DNA of 64,000 bases, taken from contig JAYWIR010000001.1 in the NCBI GenBank assembly GCA_036172245.1, forward strand, positions 4,402,001 to 4,466,000, in the 5' to 3' direction. Made by a program: the position numbers and the translations under genes. The DNA is from Raillietiella orientalis (taxonomy: Eukaryota). Numbering within the stretch: the first letter of the stretch is position 1; each line of letters starts with the position of its first letter. Under the pieces are notes generated by a model. The model ran no database searches, was not told where the DNA came from, and was given only the letters and a program-made list of their open reading frames with translations. Of the stretch, positions 1 to 13,260 are shown one piece after another.

Positions 1-424
1 CTGCCAGCCCACAGCCTCCCGGTTTCTCGGCCATCACCGTGAACAGAGTAACAGAACTCACTGTTTGTATCAAAAGTTTCTGCTGTCCTGTGATTCTTCC
101 TGCTTCGCGGGAAATCCGATGCGTGATCTTTTTCGAAACTGCGTCTCCCCCCCCCCCTCCCCCACCCACCCGTGATTCCCGTGGCGGCGAATTTGGAAAG
201 GCGGCATTTGTCTGCTCCTTCCGGATCCCTGCTTCCGCATCCCTCTTCTCCCCGTAGCTTTCCCAGCAATGCTGGCCTTCTCGATGAGAAATACCGACGG
301 GAGGAATGCGAGTGAAGGCGGCTAATGGATTTTCCTGTTAGTGCATTCCACGTGTCGTCTTCCCAGAAGCACGTTCTCCTTCGATGGAAACACCTTTTGG
401 TCCCTCCGTGAATTGTTCGTTATT

Positions 425-437
425 GTGTGTGTTGTTC

Positions 438-468
<31 letters not shown>

Positions 469-476
469 CGCGTGTG
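425..476. repeat. (GT)n followed by (GC)n microsatellite
   Basis: Directly visible alternating purine-pyrimidine run tgtgtg...cgcgcg. Confidence 0.9.
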
Positions 477-3400
477 TTTTTGCTCTTCGTGAAAGCTCCC
501 GAAAAGGAAATCACAGCTTTGCTGTTTTGTTTGTTTTCTTTTTCTATCGGCTTGCTTTTCGTTTTACGTGTGCGCGCTTCGCCCGCTGCCCCGTGGTCCC
601 CTCCCCTCCCCCTCTTGTGCACCGGTTGTGGAACCAGGTGGCCGGTTGGGAATTTTCGTGGACTCCTGCCCCCCACCCGAGAGCAGTTCGTGCGCGCTGC
701 AGCGGCACCCCCGCCTTCGTGCAGAAAGACCACGGAGAGACCACCGCCGAATCAGAAGCTGTTTGCTACGCAGCTTCCCACGAAAGTTTCACGGCCCCCG
801 GCGGATTTGCAGAGCGTCTCTTCCTTGAGAAAAAATTGCTCTCGGTGGCTCAGTCTATGGCGCCTGCAACGTCGCAAGTGTCCCCCTCCCCCTTCCCTTT
901 GTTCCTTTGCTCTCCCGCCGTTCGCACCCGTGGTGAACCGTCATCGGATGCGTGGATGGTCACGAATAAAGTCCGCAAGGCGCCCAGGGCACCGGGGCCC
1001 GCAGAGAGAGGGAGGAGGGGGGAGGAGGAGCGTGTGTGTTGCCTGGGGCTGCCGCCCCGGTAACACACACAGTTGAGTGTTGCGGGCGCTTGCTGAGTCC
1101 AGTTGAGGAAAAAGATCCCGAATCAGACGTCTCCCTCTCTGGCGGGGCAACTCGCAGATCCGACCTCCGTGGCCGGAAGCGCCCTTGTGATCTGTCGCTC
1201 TGTTTCAGTGTCCCGAAATCAAAGATCACTGCGTGCTCTTGCAGCCTCTGATTGCTACTGCTTTCAGCGGATACCATTAACAGTGCTGGTGGTTTCCTAG
1301 GTCCTCCTTGTGTAAGTATCACGCCTTCGCGCGGCATCTGCTGAGCGTGCATCCCGTTCCTCTGCCTAGGAGCGAGCGGCAAAGGGTCGTTCGCTGGCAA
1401 AGGACGGCATGCATGCATGCGTGCGTGCGTGAGTGCGTGCGTGCATGTGTGCGCGCAAGGGACGTGGATCCTGAAGAGCGTTTCGGAAACGTAATCTCCG
1501 GCATCCCTGTGTTCACCCTATGTATCCCGTCTTGTAGGATTTCCCGAAAGGAAAGGCGACGACGCAGCAGCAGCAACAGCAGCAGCTCTACCCAAGCTCC
1601 TTGTTATGTAATACGAACGTTGCGTTTCCAAGTGCACACACGCATCCGAGGGCAGCTTGCCAGCGGCAAAGAACTCGAGGGCACGCGCACTTTCCTTCCT
1701 TCCTTCCTTCCCCCCTTCCCTTTTTTTTTTTTTTTTTTTTTTGTCTCCCCCTCTCATCCTCCCGTGTGCTGCAACGGACCGGATGATGGTGAACTGACCA
1801 GTGCACTAAAGGTCCCTTCTGCGAAGAGCATGGCGTCCTTCCTGCCTCGAAAAAGACCGCCACTTGCCTTTTATCCCACATATAGCAATAGAGTGTCAAG
1901 AAGGACGCCTGGAACTTGCGTCGGGAAGTGATTCTTCACTTGTGATGTGAATTCTTGTTGCATAGCAGAACGAAAAGTCTTTCACCGATCCCTATTTTTC
2001 GTTACGACGGACGAGTCTCCGTATTTATCATTATTTAACCGTTCGCTTCGGGAACGTCGGGCGCATCGATCGTGGATGCTGCTCTGTGGAAGGACGCTTT
2101 CTGTGTCTCTGTTGGTTGCGAAGTGCCTAACACGGCGTTTACCTCCCTCACCCCTGTTAACCCTGCGTTGGATATGTGGCTATTCAAGTTCTTCCTACAA
2201 TATTGTTATATATTTACATGTGATTATATATCGATTCATTATGTATCACGTGATCCACACTTCGCACGATGCTGTTTTCGAAACGATGCTGTTGCCGAGG
2301 TGAGGTCTTCGAATCGCGTGGACTGAAGGCCCCTCCTCCTTTCCCTTCCGTTCCTCAAAGGAATACCGGGGCTGCTGCACACGCAAAGGACTCTCTTTCT
2401 CGCTCCTTGTGGAAGGAGGAGGAGGAGGAGTGTGCGGAATCCACGGCGAGGACGTGCAGAGGACATCTTTTCCTCCGCGTTGGCAACCGGACCTCGTCTG
2501 CTTGTCCCGGCCGATGCACCGCCCTGTCGTCCGACACGGCTCCTGGAGGAGGAGAGACCAGAAACTTCGACCGGGAGCCATGCTCGGAGCTGTCCCGACC
2601 GACAGGGTGCTTCTACCCGCGGCCCCGGGACGTGCGACGTCCACCGGACCTCGGACTCCTGTCTCCGTGCCCGGCACGAAGAAGGGGCGCACCGCGGCTC
2701 CCTTCACTTCACGACCCCCGTCTCGCCCGTGCCACCGCCTCAGCTCGCCACCCCTCTTCCGTGCGGACCGCGTTGCGCCTCTGGTCGCCGACGCCGAGAG
2801 CCACCGGTCCCGCGCGGGTCGATCGATCCGCTTCCCGCTCGCCCCCGAGAGAGGAGAGGAGGAGCTTGGCGTCGCAGCATCATCCGTCTTCTCTTTTGCA
2901 CGAGCGCAGCGACAACGGCGGCGGTGGCGGACACCTGAGGCCGTGCCGAGGGGGACTGCGTTCGCGCGTTTGGCAGTTCTTCCTCCTCCTCCCCCATCTT
3001 CCCCTCCCCCTCCCCCCCGTGGGAGAGATTCCATGGTGACCAACGCGCTCACATCCTCCTCCCTCCCCCCGTTCGCCGTGTTGATTGGCGGCTGCGAAGA
3101 CCGGAAGACGAGAGGAAAAAACAAAGGAATGAAAGAAGGAAAGAAAAACAAACAAACAAAAACTTGTGATCACGGATGGTTGTTCTCGTTGCCATGTTAC
3201 ACTGATCTTGGTTTTCTCAGAGATTTGCAATATGCCAGTTTAAAAAAAAAAGAAAAAAAAAACAAGTGTTTTTTTTAAATAATAAACAAAGCAACAAAGG
3301 ACGAAAGGCAATAATAATAATAAAAGGGAGAATTCCAGAGTCCCTGCTTTTTATCCCGTTTCTCCCAGTCGGTGACGGGGAAGAAACGAGGGTGCCTCAC

Positions 3401-4459
3401 TGGGAAATGCGCGCTTCTGGGAGCGGTCTGAAGCACGGGAGAGCCGACAACCACCTTCCCCGGCTATGGCTGCTGCTTTCTTTCGCCGGCTGTCCTAGGT
3501 CGTTCAGGGAGGTCGCTCGCACTCCAGGTTCGCTCACCACGGGAATAGAAGAATGCTGAGGGGAGGCTTCCCGTCGCTCCCCCATCCCAGGAAGCGCCGC
3601 CCCGCCTGCCCAACTCTCGCCGGGGGGTCGGCGCTGCCATTGCGGGTCGCTCGCTCCAGGGACGCCAGTGGGGGGGCCGAACTCTGCAGCGGGGAAACTG
3701 CGGAAGCATCCCCGGAGCGCGGCAGACGGCGAGACGCAGGGCACGTTCGTTCGTGCGGCCAGCCAACGGCATTGACGCCATCGAGGGAGAGGCCGCTCCT
3801 GGCACACGTGAGAGCCCACCTGCAGCGGCGGGAGTCGTGCCAGAGAGACTGCTGCTGGTCGAGGGCACCTCGACCTTGATCCCCGTTCGGGAACGCGCCG
3901 GGAGCGACTGGGGCGGTGCTCAGCACCGCGCACTGCGAATTCCCCGGTTGCCGAGCCCACGACTGACCAGCCCTCGTCCGGACGAATGCGCGACCCATTC
4001 CCGGAAGCAGGTCGACCCTGCAGGAAATAGCCAGGGACCCGGCCTCCTTCCATGCCCCTCCCCGGACGGGGGAGAGGCGGGGAATCTCCATTTTGGAGAT
4101 TTCTTCCCAAGAGCATCACCCTCCCTTCCTCTCCACGTGGAAGATGGGGGGGAGCAGGAGGAGAGACACTGCCCTCCCGATCTTCGGCTGCCAGAGCGAG
4201 AGTCGCGCAAAAGCGCTTCCCCCGTAAGCGTGGACTCGCCGCATGAGCGCGCGCCAAAAACTCATCGTCGTTCGCTATGGGAACAAAGAGTCAGCTTCCC
4301 TCGTTCGATCATCACACGGCGGTCATCCGATCTGACCTCGCAAGGGGAAGGAGAAGGAATCGCAGGAGCTGGAAGCAACACGCATCCTCCCGAGGAGGAA
4401 GCGATGATGGCGCAGGAGGGACCCGCTGCGGACACCGAGAAGTTTGGTCCTCTCGCCTC

Positions 4460-4815
4460 CACCTCCTTCCCCTTCCTTCCTCTTCCTCTTTTCTTCTTGC
4501 TCTCTTCCTTCCCCCCCCCTTACTCCTCTCCTTCCTGTATTCTTTCCCCTCCTCCCTTCTTCGTCCATCCTTTCTCCCTTCCTCCCTCCTCTATCTCCCC
4601 TCCTCCCTTCCCCCTTTTCCCTTCCTCTTCCTCCCTTCTCCTTCTATCTCCTACCCTCCGCCTCTTCTTCTTTCCTCTTTTCCTCCTCTCACCTTCACCC
4701 TTCCTTATTCTCCCTCTTCCTCTCTTCCCCTTCCTTCCTTCCTCCTACCTTCTTACTCTTTTTTATGTCTTCCTCCTAGTCTTCCTCTTCGTCTGTTCCT
4801 CCTCCTCACTCCTCC
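4460..4815 (+). repeat. Long C/T-rich low-complexity polypyrimidine tract
   Basis: About 350 nt almost entirely C/T on the + strand; produces spurious F/L/P/S-rich ORFs. Confidence 0.9.
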
Positions 4816-7800
4816 AGAGAGTACGAGTCGCTCCCGGGGAGACCTTCGGTTGCCCGAGGACTTGCGGACGACGAAGGGAGGGAGGTGCAGACAGCGCGCG
4901 CTGACCGGAAGCTGGCTGATCCTTCGCCTGTTGGAAAAAGAGAAGGATGGGCTCTCCTTCCGACTGGAGAGTGGCGGAAACGCACGATTGCCCCCTCCTC
5001 TCCTCCCTAAGTAATTAGAAAAGGGCAGGAAGAGGAAGAGGAAGAGTGGAATGCTGAGAAGAACCTGCTGCCACCCTGATGACCGCGGACATGGGATGGA
5101 CAAAGCGGTCGACTCCTTAGGGCGGCATTCGCTATGGGGAAGGGGGAGGGGGGGAACAGCGTAGTCTCTGGGGTCTCCCTTCACTTGCGTCCCTTGTCCT
5201 GATGGGAATTTCCCTCCTAGCCCCATCCGAGGTCGGAAGCCCTAGGCAAAAGAGTGGTCGTCGTTCCTCTGAGCAAACGAAGCGCTCCCGAGGGAGGGAC
5301 ACGGAACGGAGGCGACCTGTTGCCCTGGTAACCCTCGCCGGGTCGGCGCCGTTGGTGCGCGCCGAGACAAAGCGGAATGGTGGAGGTGGAGGAAGGGACA
5401 GAGGACAACAGGAGGAATTCGAAAGGATAGAGCGAGGGAGAGAGAGCAGACGGAGAGATTTAAGGAGGCTTCCCCATTTTCTCCTTGCTCCTCGGAAGGG
5501 GACCCCTTCTTATCTTCTCCCTTTGCGAGGAAACGCCGCGGGTTTTCCTTTCCCGGCTTCCCTGAGAAAGCATGCGCAGCCTCAGAGGCGCGGGAGACGT
5601 GCCTGGACGGTCCCGTCTGCAGCAGCGCTGGTGACGCCTAGCCAGCACGAAAAGAATCGACTGTAGCTGGGAAGGACCGGGCTAGGCAGGCGCGCAGCGA
5701 CCCGAAGAGGAGCAAAAGGGACGCCCCGAGACGGGCGGTGGCATCGGGCGCGGGCCCGAGGACGGTGAGCGCGGGACCGAAGACCGGAAACGTATCCTGC
5801 TCCCGGCGGAAGCGCGGCGCGAATGCTTGGGCCGCTCAAGTGGTCTCTGCGTCGGGCCGGGCCGCCCATGGCGAGGAAAGCGTTACCGAAGTAGCATCGT
5901 AGATCCCCTTCCGAGATGGCAGCACGGTCGCCCGCAAGGAAATAGTGAAGATGAAGCGCGGCAAACCTTCCTTTCTTTTTTATTTACTTTCCCTCTTTCT
6001 TTTTAGTTTTGTTTGATACCTTTTTTGTTGTTGCTGCGACCTCCATCGGAACGCTGATCAGCTGCATGCCCTACGGGTTTTGTGATGCGCAGCACGTATA
6101 AATCATGCAGCGGTTGCTCAACGCGTTTCCCACTCTCATATTCGACCTCATTCCAAACCTTTTCTGCTTCTAGAAACGGACCAGGCTATTTTCTGGCAGC
6201 AGTCAACTTTTTTTTTTTTGGAAAACCCCTCATTACTGTTGGTTTTTGATGAAGTCGCATAATAGCCCAGTGTACATTACTTTCCATGCCCTAATCATGC
6301 ATGCAGTAACTACTTAGGCACAGGCACGTGAAGACTCTGAAAATCCTTGCAATTTTTTCCTCTGCCGTCGCCTTTCACAGTTTCCTTCTTCGTGGGTTTT
6401 TTTCCAGTACTATTACTGTGTACATTGACTCTTCAAGTCCAAGACTACCTGAGGTTCCTCAAACGAATTCTTGATCGTGTGGCTCCTTTTCAGCCGTTAG
6501 GAGTGACTGCCTTCCATTTCTTGTTTCTTTTGCTGCTCCCTGCTCTGTTTCTTCTCATTCCACCTTGCTTCTAGCACAGGGGGTGCAGTTCCCACCTAAT
6601 TCGTTAATTCGCTCTAACCCAACGGAAAGCTTGCTCCTCGGGCAAAATTCCAAAGATCCAACACGAATCAGAGATGCGCGTACTTCGGTCTCGTTCGACT
6701 ATCTCTAGTATTGCTGTTAATCCGAAAGTCCAAAATTCTTCTAGTCCCCATGTGCTTGCTTCTTACTCTACGATATATTGACATTGCTTCGCTTACCCTT
6801 ATTCTTCTCACAAGTCCGCAAACTGGGGCCAACAAAAAGTGCCTATTATCCTCAAGATGGCGTAATCGAGCCAGCAGCCCAAGGAATTTGTTGCAATCCT
6901 CCGGTTTCCGAACAGTATGTGAACACAACACTGTTCCTGATTTTCTTCGCAGGTTTCGCGTATAGAAAACACTTACACGGTCTTCATTTCATGCCAAACT
7001 TCGTTCATCAAGGAATGCTTATTTGGATTTGCTCGCCGGCCAGCCAGACTTCGGTTCACCGTTTCTCCACAGCTCTTCCGCGGAAACTCAACTTAATTTG
7101 GCGGCAGAAATGCTAACCTATGAGGTTTCTAAACGAGTTACAGGTGCTTGCAAAAGATTATTTATGTGACCGCGTGTAGCACGTGCTTGCCGCAATGAAA
7201 CGCACTGCCATACGCAAACCAACCCATAATTACCAACTGAATCTGATGCTCAAGGAATTTCGAAAGCCTTTCAACGGAAAAAGCATCGAATCAGCAGAAC
7301 TGCTGCACATAAGAATAACGCCAACAGTCTGGTATTCACATGGAGACCCCAAACTTGTGTGACTGGCGTTCGTGGAGAGTTAGAAAGAAGAAACCAGACG
7401 GCAAGTGTGGATAAACACTCATAATACCGGAAATATTTGTAGCTCTCAAAACTAACAATCATTCCCCTTCGTGTACTAACAAACCATAGCTGCTGGAACA
7501 AGTGATATCCTTTGATGATAAATGTGGATAAGCCTAATCCCATGATACAGTGAATAACCAAGCATATGAGGCAAAAACAGGTACCCAACTGACAATCCCC
7601 AAGGCATGCAAGAATTCCTAGCAATATCAAAATGCTTATTTTAACAACTTTACAATTTTTCAAAAGACTGGAATATCTTCCTTCATGGTGTCATTTCACA
7701 ACTGTTACCACAGTATCTTTTATGAATTTGTAATAATCATTGTCTGCTTTCCAAACACTCAAATATAATTGCCATGTCAGCTCTCCTCAAATTACTGCAA

Positions 7801-7862
7801 TGGCAGCAAGTCACTGCTACTCTCCATGATCAGCACTTTGTGAACCCTTCTCTTTCTCCATC

Positions 7863-8657
7863 TCACAATTCAATCAAAGGCTGGTCACAGGATGAAGAAC
7901 ACTGAGGCTGCTGTAGATTATGAATCTGCTGTCGATACATTTCATGGAGTTTATGAAAGCCCTTCTTGCCAGCAACCAGCTGTTCCTTACAATTTTCTGG
8001 CAACACACAGGAATTTTGAGTGAGATTTTGAAGAATGGCATTCTGCACTTGGTATTCTGTCATGCCACCTGAGTTGCAGTCATACATAGAACATGGCACC
8101 TCCTGTTTGGCAATGATATTTTCCAGATGTGTGGAATTAGCTTTAACAATATTGGATGTAAGATTACATTCTAAAAGCAGCTTACCCTCAAGTTGAAGAA
8201 GTTCATGCCTCAACTGCTCAACTAATGATGTTACATGATCATAATTTGCTCTAGAAACAGCTTTCATCCATGTTTCCATTTCCTCCTCAGAGGCAGCACA
8301 TAAAACATAGGTCTGGTTGCTACCTCCAGGAAACACGATTTTGAAACTGTATGGCTCATCGTCTTCATTTAATTCTAAAAGTGCAGCGATCAAAAAATAT
8401 ACGCTATTTGCAACTTACAAACTACGCAAATTAAAAACACTGACTCGTTTACCTACTCTACATCCTTCCAAAATTATTAATCCTGAGGGTTTGATATCTG
8501 TTCTTTTTTCAAAATAAAACAAAAGATTCAGTTTTAAAATGAACCAGTGTCTGCGATAACTTCTGCTGGAGTCTTCTTGTTTCAAAAGCCAGCCTTCTAG
8601 ATCATTTTTAGAATTTCCCTTAGAAAATGAAATTAGATGTTTTTCATTAATTCTCAT
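7863..8657 (-). CDS. PHETA1: Sesquipedalian/IPIP27 (PHETA) PH-domain endocytic adaptor, 238 aa; exons 8657-8453, 8374-7863
   Basis: N-terminus MRINEKHL; PH motifs EGWLLKQ, RHWFILKLNLLFYFE, PSGLIILEGCRVEL, YVLCAASEEEMETWMKAVSRA; coiled coil; C-terminal F&H motif FHKLHEMY; ends PLIEL. A 78-nt GT-AG intron (8375-8452) joins the two ORFs in frame (717 nt). Confidence 0.92.
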
Positions 8658-11600
8658 TTTCTATAATGCAAAACATGAAAATGGTTTTGTAATGTGGAAA
8701 CTTAACACCTGACTAATAAATCAATGAATATCATCTGATACACAACAACAAATAGCTAACTCTCGGTACTACAAAATTTTCACTAAATAACACGCAAAAA
8801 CAAAATAAGTACGCTGCTTACGAAAATACTTTACATTACATACTGCATTATTAATAAGTTTGATATCACATCATAAACGACTGCCAACAACTTATTTTAC
8901 ATGCAGAAACAGCACGGAGTACCACCATCTGATAGGAAAAGCACCTCCAACATCGTTTAGAATTTGTTTGAACTCTCTCTCAGGAAACGGGGTATATCTG
9001 ACAGTGAAAGTTCTACAATTAGCACTGGATACTTGCTGGAAATTAAAGTCTGCATCAACACACATTGAAACGGAAAAGCAAAAAAGATGCTGTATCCACT
9101 CTTGCTAACCTGATTCCTGAAAACTTTTTACTATGCTAACTTAACAGAAGAAAGCCCTACGAGCTCTATCAAAAAGAATTTGTATTAGCAATTTTCATAT
9201 TGTTTTGCTTGTGATAACAAGTCGAAACTCCAAATATGCGAAAATAATTTGAGAACCTCATAATTGCTGAAAAGCCATAAACATCTATACGATCATTTCC
9301 ATGTTAAAGCAATAATTGTTTGCTATAGTGCTTATTTCACTTCCTTCCATGAAACTTTTGAATTTGACTCCGCTTGACATGATTGATTTATCATTTATAT
9401 GTACACCTAACCCTGATGAACAGAGTTGAATTTCACAGCACATTGGAGTCAATAATTTTTCAAAGTGAGGTTTCCAACGGAGAGGTACATGAAACTGGGT
9501 TACGAGAACCCTTGATTACGTGTACCCATCTTGAATATTTCTGGTGAGAAAGTGTTTAGCATTTTAGGTGTGGAATTAAAGATATCGATTTTTTTTTTTT
9601 TTTAGTTCGTTTCTCTTGGAAAAAAACAGGCTTCAGTTCAGAGCAGCTGATTGATAGTAGAAATGCAAAACAGAATTTTAGAACCTTATAGTAAGAGAAT
9701 ATATGTATTTGATATTAAATGCCATCTCACACTTGCACATGAATAATTGCACATAAATTATAAACTTATTACATACAAATCCTTGATGTGCACTTTGGCT
9801 TCCTTTTTTTTCATCCAGCTGTTCGAACAAGTGCAATTTAATCAGGTGAATCAAAACACATCTGTTGAGGCTACTATTGTTCGGGAGGTTCCTGCTTACT
9901 GGGTTTCGTCCAACTCCTCTTGAGGCCATTAACTAAGTCCTGATTATCAGTTTTCAATCCGAGTATCCTACACTTCAAAATCAAACTTATAATATAAATC
10001 TCAAAGATAGATCAAGCCCTAAGTAGACTTGAGGGTTCAAAGTACTAATATGTCATTGCTTCCCTCAGAGAAAAAAAAAAAAAAGGCTGCTCTCATCACT
10101 GGGTAATCAGTTGTTTGATTAAACACACAACACATTCACACTTTTTTACTGCAACCTAAATTATTGTGAATACGTTACCCCTACTGCACCCTAAATTAAG
10201 AAACGAAACGAATATCTTGAAAATATTTTAAGGATGCAAGAGTACTTCTAGAGATCTTGAAATCTGTACTTTTTACCGGCAACAAAGTTAACTTCAATTA
10301 CCTTTTAAAACAGCATGCAAAAATTGCTTTTCTTTGTGGAAAAAATTTAGCTTTGAATCAATGATTCAGTCTCATCAGTTACTAAACTCCTTACTCTTTA
10401 CTTACGTCCTGAGATTATTTGAATTCCCTCAAACTTAGGTTTCCAATAATAGAAGGAATATCTTCAAATGGTATTTGGAATTTTTCTTAGCACTGAACAC
10501 ACATATTCAAAACTCCGCTGGAGAAAACCAATAATTCAAAATTGTTCTTTAAAATGAGAGTCACAAAATGTACACCTTAGCTAATGCATGTCTTAGTGAA
10601 TCTCCCTAATCCATGTAACCTCTTGAGTCTTAAAGGTTCCTTGAATAATTGGCATTTACTGTGCCGAAACGAAGGTCGGCTGCTATGAGAAACGACTGAT
10701 TCTCTCTATCAAGCTGTCTAAAAATTTTTATGTTGACAAGTTGAAAAGCATTGGGTTGGAAACAGATTCAAGAAAGCAGCTTTGAACAGTTCTGAAAGGA
10801 ACTTCTTTTTTTTTATCATTGAAAACTCCCTCTATGCAGTAATCTTATACAATCTACTGAAGATTTCATACAAATCTTTTAGCAAAACTAATCTCAAGTT
10901 CTGCTCCCACGTCAAGTAAACCACTCCTGAAATGTGTGAATTAAGATTGCAGCTTTTCCATATTATCCAAAAACACTTTTTTAGGAAGAACAAAATCCAT
11001 TCAATCTAATTGACATTGCTTTTTTTTTCTTCTTCGTCTCTTGATCACTTTGTCCTACTGTTCGTCTCAGAACAGTGATGAATCACACAAGAGTGGTAGA
11101 TTTAACACATGATTTTATTTGAATTCCTCATGTGATTTGCTTTTTAAAACTAGTTATTTGAATAAACTAGCTTTCTGATAAATTTACCGATATCTTAAAA
11201 ACACAGACACACACAACACAATTTTATTGTTTACTGATAAGTACCATGCTTTCAAAAGCTAAAGAATATTCTTAAGATTATAAGGAAATTTTGGAACTCT
11301 TTTCCTGAATACTGAGTCCAAATCAGTGATTAAGCATACATGTGATTTGGCTAAATTGATTTATTGTCTCAGTGTTGATAAAGTTTCAGATAATGACATG
11401 ACCGTTGTTGAGTGCAGTCTCATTGCACGGTTCCATCACATGTAATAGAGAGAATCAAGGGGTTCCCTCTCGGTGTTATCCTGTTTTATGATTAAAATTC
11501 CATTAGAAGAATACATTAAACTTTGAAGTTTGGGATCCAAGCGACTCATTGACAAGAAGTTCCAAATACGGAAATACTTATAGCCTGTTTTCACTGAATG

Positions 11601-12775
11601 CAATAACTTTAAAAAAAACTGTGCTAACTTTCTTTTCTGTAAAAGAGGACATTCATCAACGAAAACACATATTGCTTAGTAAATAAGACAAAGTATGTGA
11701 AAATACAAAGATTGTGCTATTGGAAAATTACTGTGTTGAATATGAGTTGCATATTTGCAGAAATGAGATCTGAAGAACATTTTTAATGTATCACTTTCTG
11801 TGTCTAGAGCAATATTTTTTTTAAAAAAATCAATGCCTGTCGTTTCTGTCGGCTATTGACACATTGAATGCAGTTTTACTTGATAGTTGTGATTTTATAT
11901 CGAGAGTAATAATTGTCCCTTGGTGATGATTACAGTCAGGATTCAGAACAGAAAACATCTCCTCAGAGTTCCGGCCGGTGAGTCTCCGTTGTACTCACTA
12001 CTTGCTGCAGTTTAAAAACTCACCCCAATTGTGTGTATTTGTGGAATCAAGGGCAACGCGCTTTTCAGATGAGATTATGAGATTTCGAAAATCCATCGGA
12101 ACATTCTCTCTCTACAGTTGCCGAGTCCACCACCAATTCGTGAGGTAAAGTCAAGGTTCGACTTTTCCTTGAATACGCTGGCTTGATCTCTTCTGCTCCT
12201 CAGCACCATGGTTTCTTACATTCGCTTATAGTTTCATGCGTCGTAGGAGGTCGTAGGATGTTTTCGTTTTCCGTCACCCTTCTTTCTTCCCTCTGTATGG
12301 TTCAAAAAACTTTCTTGTCGAAGATGTGAAACCTTGAAGGCATTACACTCCGGTGGTAAGTTCCTAATACGTTCGGGTTTTCAAGAATATTGCTGCAGCC
12401 GAAATTTCGGAGGGATGGTGTTTGAATATGCCATCAGAAGCTTTCTGAAATATTTGTGGAATCTGCCGTCTTCCTTCTAACCTCTATGCAGCAAGGATGA
12501 TAAGTAAAATGGAAGCTAGGAGGAAGAATGCAATTTACTTAAAAGACTGAGATAATGAATCTAAAATCTGTTCTTATTATAATTTAGAAAATCAAAGTGT
12601 TCTGATAGGGGACAATGTTACCGCTGCTAATGAGTAATGTACGGATCCCTAGAGGCTTCATGTTTGCTTTTACCAAAGAATCTACGCATTCGAATGCAAC
12701 CTATGATTCTGCTCTAAGCATTTAGTCTGTCTTTCGGAATAAAAAGCTCATTCGCGAAGGATTTTTTTTTCCCTT

Positions 12776-12798
12776 TCTCTCTCTCTCTCTCTCTCTCT
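12776..12798. repeat. (CT)n microsatellite
   Basis: Visible dinucleotide run. Confidence 0.9.
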
Positions 12799-12990
12799 AC
12801 AGGAGTCCATTACAAAAAAGAATAATTCTTAATAGAGTATTCTGCACATGGTTTGAAAACTGTTGTGAATTCTCGCTGACTCTTTGTGATCGAGTGACTG
12901 TGATCATAAAGCACGGGTTTCACTGACATCAGATGTGAAAACAAGAAATCAAAACCAAAATCAAAGCAACTCAGACTATTCTGAAGCAAA

Positions 12991-13260
12991 ATGGCCTACG
13001 CCAGAGTATTATTTTTTGGAGGCCGACATTCTCACGCCGGTGTCTCAAGAGAGAACTTTACAATGACAAAATCAGTTTTCAGATAAAAATGCACTGTGGA
13101 TGAAAGAAAAACTCTTGTATGCAGGAATACTGTGCTTCATTGGAGCAACATTGGCGGCAATTTGGTAAGTGGGGTCGCTCATAGCAATTTCCATGATGTG
13201 TTCAGGAATCCGATATTTTCTCCAAAAGTGGACCAAGTGAAACAGCTCTCCAACAGATAA
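12991..13260 (+). CDS. Putative 61-aa single-pass membrane microprotein, possibly COX8-like; exons 12991-13039, 13083-13164, 13206-13260
   Basis: caaaATG start; GT-AG introns of 43 and 41 nt match the window's modal size and keep frame (186 nt). Product MAYARVLFFGGRHSHADKNALWMKEKLLYAGILCFIGATLAAIWNPIFSPKVDQVKQLSNR has one hydrophobic helix. The family assignment is inference. Confidence 0.65.

Noticed and set aside
338-3278. Many long overlapping ORFs (240-301 aa)
   Set aside because: GC-rich and microsatellite sequence; low-complexity R/P/G/S translations, no domain and no coherent splice structure
6440-6850. Exon-like minus-strand pieces (ALFVGPSLRTCEKNK, STWGLEEFWTFGL...)
   Set aside because: Needs a 35-38-nt intron, below the observed minimum of 41, and gives no recognisable protein
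7271-7663. 130-aa hydrophobic minus-strand ORF
   Set aside because: Non-ATG start; T-rich sequence downstream of PHETA, most likely 3' UTR
9413-10385. CTGATGA hammerhead ribozyme cores
   Set aside because: No correctly placed stem II followed by GAAA and no closing stems
10228-10546. Chain of short minus-strand exons with 41-55-nt GT-AG gaps
   Set aside because: Exons are so short that open frames are expected by chance; no start exon or homology; may be non-coding exons
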